Shown here piece by piece: positions 58,394 to 64,000 of a stretch of DNA of 64,000 nucleotides (within the stretch, counting starts at the first letter, position 1; every line of letters begins with the position of its first letter). The translations under genes and the position numbers were made by a program. The notes under the pieces were generated by a model. It was not told where the DNA came from. It saw only the letters and a list, made by a program, of their open reading frames with translations, and searched no databases. The stretch is from Candidatus Poribacteria bacterium (GTDB taxonomy: Bacteria > Poribacteria > WGA-4E > PCPOR2b), in assembly GCA_965215015.1 (NCBI GenBank), contig OZ244042.1, forward strand, positions 3,616,001-3,680,000. The letters run 5' to 3'.

Positions 58394-60634
58394 CTATCTC
58401 CCGCCCTGGGATGGGTCATCCTTCCCGCCCCCGACCGCAATGATTGCTGACGTTTGTTGCTGCGTATTGACAAGGTTGTAAAAAATTCCCCTCCGATTCA
58501 TCAGCTCTCCGTGCGCTCCCACTTCCGCAATCTTACCATCCTCCAATACAATTAATCGATCCGCATTGCGTAGTGTAGAGAGTCGGTGTGCAATCGCAAA
58601 GGTTGTTCGCCCTTTGACCAACCGGGCGATGGCTGACTGAATCTTTTTCTCCGTGGCACTGTCAAGCGAGGAGGTTGCTTCATCGAGAATCAGGATCTTT
58701 GGGTCATGTAGAATCGCTCGTGCGATGGCGATACGTTGCTTCTCGCCGCCGGAGAGCTGGTTTCCGCGCTCCCCCACTTTTGTGTCATAGCCGTCCGGCT
58801 TGGCGGCGATGAACTCGTGCGCTTCAGCTGCGACCGCTGCGTCGACGATTTCATCCAAGGTTGCCTCCGGTTTACCGTAACCGATATTTTCGGCGATTGT
58901 GCCATCGAAGAGGAAGATCTCCTGATGGACTATGCCAATATGGCGACGCAAATCCTCCAAACGAACCTTCCGGATATCTACACCATCGATAGCCACGCTG
59001 CCGCGATTCACATCGTAGAACCGGCAAATCAGGTTAATCACAGTGCTTTTGCCAACCCCAGATTTGCCCACCAGTCCAATCATTTCACCCGGTTTCACAT
59101 CGAAGTTAAGCTCGTGGAGAACAGGTTTCCCCGGATCATAGCCGAACGTGACATCTTTGAAAGCCACTCCTCCTTCTATACGGGAGAGAGGGATTGCTTC
59201 TGGATCATCAAACGATTCAGGCCGTGTGTCGAGAACCTCGAAAATCCGCTCGGCACCGGCGAACGCACGGGTTATAAAGTTGTTGATTTGGCTGAAGAAC
59301 TGCAAAGGGCGATAAAGTTGCCAGAGGTAGCGGATAAACGCCATGAGTACGCCAAATGTTAGCTCGTTGTTCAAAATCTGCCTCCCCCCAAAGTACCAAA
59401 TAAAGAACATGCCGAAACTGATGAGGAAATTCATTACTGCAAAAAAAATGAACCAATTTCGTTCACCGGTAACACTCACCGACCATAGTTCCTCGTTCCG
59501 CACATTGAAACGCAACGCCTCCCGGTCCTCCTGCGCGAAGGCTTTCACAATACGGATACCAGAGATAGACTCATTAAGATGTGAGGAGAGTTGCGACCAC
59601 TTGGCATGCCAGCGGATCCAGATACGCCGCATCCGCCCCCAAATCAGTAAGCCGCCCAGCACAATCAGCGGCACCGGAAGCAGCGCATAGAGGGTCAATT
59701 TCCAACTCAGGAAGAACAACACTCCGAGTGTACCTATCAACATCAGTGTGTTGCTCAACATGAAAGGAATACCGAAAAGTAGAAACATCTCCAGTCGATC
59801 CGCATCGTTGGTGAATCTGGCTATTAGGCTACCTATCTGCCGTTTGCCGTAGAATCGCAACGGCATATATTGCACATGCTGATAGAGCTGTGTGCGGATA
59901 TCTTTGCTGGTTCGACTTGAAATCTCCGCTCTCATGAAGCCACCGATAATCTCAAACAGGAAGGTTGACAGCATAATGCCTAAAAGTCCCAGCACCAGCC
60001 ATAGTAGCAGCTCAAAGTTGGCTCTCGGTGTGAGGACATCATCAATAACGCGTTGAACAAGAAGCGGAGGAATCAGGTTAATTAAGGGACTTGCCACCGC
60101 AAAGGTCATAAGAACGATGACCTTGCCCCGGTAGGGGCTTAGGTAACTAACGATTCGCTTCAGTGTATCCCATTTTTTCACGCAAGCCGGGCAAACTCCG
60201 TCTTTCTCAGGTAGTAACCGGCCGCACGTATCACATCGCGAACGTTCTATCTCCGTCGGTAGTGTAGGGGGTTCTCCCTTGGTGAGCTGCTTGATAGCTT
60301 CAGCGACTTCAGCAAACTTGGGAGCCAACGAGTTGGAGTAGTATAGGTAGGTTGGTTCACCCTCGCCGTGTTCTACTTCCAGACGCCCGGCACCGACAAA
60401 TTCCTCTACCTTCGTTTCTATGATGACTTTGAGCGGGACCTCCACAACACCATCGACCCCCTCAGCTGGGATAACGAACAAGTGCTGATCGGTTACCACC
60501 AGCCATTGTTCCCCAAAAGAACCGTCCTCGATCAGATCCGTAGCAACTTGAATATGGGGCTGTTCTTCCGGCGGTTTTATATTTTGGAGCTTGGTGTCTA
60601 TCTCAGGAGGCAGCGTTTCAAGAAACGGTTTCAT
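58394..60634 (-). CDS. ABC exporter (permease plus ATPase) with N-terminal extension and CxxC...CxxC
   Basis: TM domain, GKSGVGKS, LSGGEKQR, ILDEATS; CDTC...CPAC. Confidence 0.9.
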   Translation of the reverse strand: MKPFLETLPPEIDTKLQNIKPPEEQPHIQVATDLIEDGSFGEQWLVVTDQHLFVIPAEGVDGVVEVPLKVIIETKVEEFVGAGRLEVEHGEGEPTYLYYSNSLAPKFAEVAEAIKQLTKGEPPTLPTEIERSRCDTCGRLLPEKDGVCPACVKKWDTLKRIVSYLSPYRGKVIVLMTFAVASPLINLIPPLLVQRVIDDVLTPRANFELLLWLVLGLLGIMLSTFLFEIIGGFMRAEISSRTSKDIRTQLYQHVQYMPLRFYGKRQIGSLIARFTNDADRLEMFLLFGIPFMLSNTLMLIGTLGVLFFLSWKLTLYALLPVPLIVLGGLLIWGRMRRIWIRWHAKWSQLSSHLNESISGIRIVKAFAQEDREALRFNVRNEELWSVSVTGERNWFIFFAVMNFLISFGMFFIWYFGGRQILNNELTFGVLMAFIRYLWQLYRPLQFFSQINNFITRAFAGAERIFEVLDTRPESFDDPEAIPLSRIEGGVAFKDVTFGYDPGKPVLHELNFDVKPGEMIGLVGKSGVGKSTVINLICRFYDVNRGSVAIDGVDIRKVRLEDLRRHIGIVHQEIFLFDGTIAENIGYGKPEATLDEIVDAAVAAEAHEFIAAKPDGYDTKVGERGNQLSGGEKQRIAIARAILHDPKILILDEATSSLDSATEKKIQSAIARLVKGRTTFAIAHRLSTLRNADRLIVLEDGKIAEVGAHGELMNRRGIFYNLVNTQQQTSAIIAVGGGKDDPSQGGR

Positions 60635-60878
60635 CAAATCTTCGCAGTCGAGACCCTGTAAATACCGTGCGTGTTGCGCCATAGTCCTGGCTCAATCGGC
60701 CTGGCATGTTGCACAACAGTATCAGATATCTGTAGGGGCTCCACTACAACTCCTTTTTTGTTGGCATAACACGGTTAATGTCTTAAAATTATGCTTTGTC
60801 GATCGCTGAAACCAGATACCTTTGTATCGTTTCCCCCGATCGGGAAGAAGTTGTCCGAGGTTTCGTATTTTTTCACAT

Positions 60879-61679
60879 CTAAAGATAATCGAGAAAGCCG
60901 AGCTCTCGTTCTCGGTCAATCCAGCGTTGACGCTTTTCGCTGTCCTCACGATTGGCAGCCCAGTCGCTCATGATGTCACGGTGAGTCGAAAATGGTAGTC
61001 CGGAATTATTCGGTTCCTTCGCACTGCTAGAGGCTCGCTTGCGGGTTGCTGCCTCCTCTTCAGGCCCTTCGGGATTCTTATAGTAAACCACCGTACACAT
61101 CCGGCGATCAATCGCGCCGCCCCAACTGGCATGCCAACAACGCACATCAAAGGCAATTACATCCCCCGGCTCCGATTCGCAAATATAAGCCGGGACATCG
61201 CAAATCTCAAGCTGGTAGCTGTCCAGATTGTTCCGCAGCGCGCTGTGTAGCGGGTTCTTGTGTGACCCCGGAATCAGCCGCAATGCGCCGGTTTCTGCCC
61301 CGACCGGTTCGAGGTAATAAGCGAATTTGACGCCGTAGCAATCCTCGATCGGATCGACAAGGTGGTCGGGATGCCACCGAGTGGGGCCGACATAGCGATT
61401 GGCGTCAGAAACGATTCCGAGCGCGTCCTCACCATACAGTTGCTCTGTCGGTCCGTAGAAGCGCGGATCTTCAAGTAACCCAGCGAAGAATGGGGTTTCG
61501 GGCCCCATCGTCCGTACCCAATGCCTGTACGTGCCATCAAATGGAGCGTGGCGGTAAGCGGAGGTCAAAGCGTGTTCAAACTCCGCATTGATGGTTTTCA
61601 TTTCCGCCGGACTGAACAATTGACGAAAGATTAGGAATCCGAAGGTATTAAAGTGCCTGACTTGTTGCTCTGTGAGCAT
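60879..61679 (-). CDS. Phytanoyl-CoA dioxygenase (PhyH) family protein
   Basis: FNTFGFL, WHPD, LIPGSH, WHAS...RR. Confidence 0.88.
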   Translation of the reverse strand: MLTEQQVRHFNTFGFLIFRQLFSPAEMKTINAEFEHALTSAYRHAPFDGTYRHWVRTMGPETPFFAGLLEDPRFYGPTEQLYGEDALGIVSDANRYVGPTRWHPDHLVDPIEDCYGVKFAYYLEPVGAETGALRLIPGSHKNPLHSALRNNLDSYQLEICDVPAYICESEPGDVIAFDVRCWHASWGGAIDRRMCTVVYYKNPEGPEEEAATRKRASSSAKEPNNSGLPFSTHRDIMSDWAANREDSEKRQRWIDRERELGFLDYL

Positions 61680-61780
61680 GATGTGCCTCCTGTATCGAAA
61701 GTTTTTTACTTCTCTTTTTCGATCCGCTTACCGAGATAGGGTTCCAGAACTAACGTTGAACCTTCAAAGCGTTAGGCAAC

Positions 61781-64000
61781 TCAAACCACGATATTCGCCA
61801 GTCGATTGGGAACAACGATAACCTTCCTCACCGTTTTTCCTTCAACATACTTCTGGATGCGTTCATCGGCGAGAACAGCCTCCTCAACTTCCTCATTACT
61901 GACGTCCACAGGAAGTTGGATTCGGCTGCGTAATTTTCCATTGACTTGGACGACGATGGTAACCTCCGCGCGCTTGAGGACTTCTGGATCGTAGCTGGGC
62001 CAAGGGGCGTGAGCAATCAGTTCAGTTTCCCCGAATCGCTCCCAAATCTCCTCGGCGATGTGTGGCGCGTAGGGTGCAAGCAACCGCAAGAACGTCTTCA
62101 TTGTTTCTCTGGGCACTGTTTTCGCCTGGGTCGCTGCATTGACAAACACCATCATGTGGCTAATGGCAGTGTTCATTTTGTCGATCGATTCCGTATCCTC
62201 AGCTACCTCCTTGATAGTCTGGTTTACTACTTTCCACAACTCTGAATCACTATCGCCAGGCGCATCGCTCAGCTTACTGCTCGGTTCGCCTGTGTCCTCA
62301 TCAATCGCCAGACGCCACACCCGCTGCAGAAATCGATAAACGCCCTCCACACCGCGCGTTTGCCACGGCGCACTGACGCTCAACGGACCAATAAACAGTT
62401 CATAGAGACGTAAAGCGTCTGCTCCATACGCATCAATGACCTCCTCCGGCGTTACGACATTGAACCGAGATTTTGACATCTTTTCAATCTGCGTATTCGT
62501 CCGTACGCCCGTCTCCTTGACGAACCATTCTCCATCCCGCTCCTCCACTTCGCTCGGCGAGTAATATTTGCCATTATCATCCTGATAGGAGTAAGCGAGG
62601 ATCATGCCCTGATTGAAGAGTTTCTGGAACGGTTCTTTCGTGGAGACAAGACCACAATCATACAGCACCTTATGCCAAAAGCGTGCGTAGAGCAGATGTA
62701 GGACAGCGTGTTCCACACCACCGACATAAAGATCTACAGGCATCCAGTAGTGCTCCGACTCGGTAGACCACGCTTCGGTTCCGTTATGGGCATCCATATA
62801 TCGCAGATAGTACCAGCAAGACCCCGCCCACTGTGGCATTGTATTCGTTTCCCGCATTCCTTTCCGTCCATCCGGCAGTGTGATCATCAACCAGTCATCC
62901 GAGGCACGGGCGAGAGGCGGTTTACCCTCCGGGGTTGGCTTATATTCATCGATAGGCGGTAATTTCACCGGCAGTTCGCTCTCAGGTACAGACATAATCG
63001 TACCATCTTCCAACTGCACAGTAGGGAAGGGTTCGCCCCAATAACGTTGGCGTGAGAACACCCAATCGCGCAAGCGGTACTGCACTTGTGCTCTTCCCTT
63101 CCCTTCCCTTTTAAGCCACTCAGTCATCCGCTCTTTTGAATCTTGAATATTAAGTCCATTCAGGAAACCACTGTTAATTGATGGACCATCGCCGAGGTAA
63201 GGTTTGTCTCCAAAATCACGCGGTGGTTGCACGGTGCGAACGATAGGCAGATTAAATGTTGTAGCGAATGCCCAGTCGCGATCATCTTCAGCGGGAACTG
63301 CCATGATTGCACCTGTACCATAACCCATCAGTACGTAATCGGCAACCCAAATTGGGATGGCTTTGTTGTTAGCGGGGTTAATCGCGTAAGTGCCCGTAAA
63401 AATGCCAGTTTTTTCTTTGGCGAGATCTGTCCGCTGCAGATCGGTTTTGTTTCTCGCCTCGTCAACGTAAGCCTGTACAGCTGCCCGATGCTCATCGGTC
63501 GTGATTTGTTCAACTAAGGGGTGCTCCGGTGCAAAAACGCAGTACGTTGCCCCGAACAGTGTATCCGGTCGCGTTGTAAAGACGGTAAATGATATATCGG
63601 TGTCCTTAATTACAAAATCTACCTCTACCCCCTCTGACTTCCCAATCCAATTCCGCTGCATCTCCTTGAGACCTTCGGGCCAATCCACATTTTCAATATC
63701 CTCTAGGAGCCGATCGGCATACGCAGTAATCTTCAGCATCCACTGGCGCATCAGTCTTCGTTCAACCGGGTCGCCGGTTTCAACGTACTTGCCATCTTTG
63801 ACCTCCTCGTTAGAGAGAACAGTCCCAAGTGCCGGACACCAGTTCACAGGCACATCTGCGAGGTACGCTAAGCCTTTCTCATAGAGTTTGAGGAAAATCC
63901 ACTGCGTCCATTTGTAGTAATCAGGCGACGAAGTGTTTATCTCTCTATCCCAATCGTATGAGAAACCGATCCGTTTAATCTGCTGACGAAATTTATCGAT
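61781..64000 (-). CDS. leuS: Leucine--tRNA ligase, 5' end outside window
   Basis: Frame open to the window edge (GFSYDWDRE...YYKWTQWIF), [42 protein letters not shown]. Confidence 0.97.
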   Translation of the reverse strand: MDKFRQQIKRIGFSYDWDREINTSSPDYYKWTQWIFLKLYEKGLAYLADVPVNWCPALGTVLSNEEVKDGKYVETGDPVERRLMRQWMLKITAYADRLLEDIENVDWPEGLKEMQRNWIGKSEGVEVDFVIKDTDISFTVFTTRPDTLFGATYCVFAPEHPLVEQITTDEHRAAVQAYVDEARNKTDLQRTDLAKEKTGIFTGTYAINPANNKAIPIWVADYVLMGYGTGAIMAVPAEDDRDWAFATTFNLPIVRTVQPPRDFGDKPYLGDGPSINSGFLNGLNIQDSKERMTEWLKREGKGRAQVQYRLRDWVFSRQRYWGEPFPTVQLEDGTIMSVPESELPVKLPPIDEYKPTPEGKPPLARASDDWLMITLPDGRKGMRETNTMPQWAGSCWYYLRYMDAHNGTEAWSTESEHYWMPVDLYVGGVEHAVLHLLYARFWHKVLYDCGLVSTKEPFQKLFNQGMILAYSYQDDNGKYYSPSEVEERDGEWFVKETGVRTNTQIEKMSKSRFNVVTPEEVIDAYGADALRLYELFIGPLSVSAPWQTRGVEGVYRFLQRVWRLAIDEDTGEPSSKLSDAPGDSDSELWKVVNQTIKEVAEDTESIDKMNTAISHMMVFVNAATQAKTVPRETMKTFLRLLAPYAPHIAEEIWERFGETELIAHAPWPSYDPEVLKRAEVTIVVQVNGKLRSRIQLPVDVSNEEVEEAVLADERIQKYVEGKTVRKVIVVPNRLANIVV

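Overview
Bacterial chromosomal window. The gene content suggests a Candidatus Poribacteria-like genome (inference): several PhyH-type dioxygenases, a sulfatase, NHL, TPR and vWA proteins, and a 2331-aa surface protein ending in an NYPNPFNPETWIPY-type sorting domain. Core or metabolic genes (nusB, nnr, pdxA, rsmI, dgoD-like, leuS, an ABC exporter) are interspersed with many REP/MITE-like palindromes. Three accessory regions stand out. (1) 5.6-8.8 kb: a Cre-type tyrosine recombinase preceded by a lox-like 12-8-12 palindrome, facing membrane/secreted ORFs bracketed by 29-bp direct repeats that share the palindrome's 8-bp core. (2) 40.5-54.9 kb: a composite defence island with an ABC-ATPase/DUF4276 pair, SNF2 helicase-DUF3883, PtuA-like ATPase with a decapitated partner, DUF1156 methylase, a 1-kb array of seven ~103-bp palindromes, and a DUF499 ATPase. 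(3) 54.95-57.1 kb: four tandem ~480-570-bp units, each encoding a membrane-anchored coiled-coil protein (82, 93, 100, 111 aa) that differs in length only by whole 11- and 7-residue modules. No rRNA, tRNA or CRISPR array was recognised. All family assignments come from reading motifs by eye, not from database searches.
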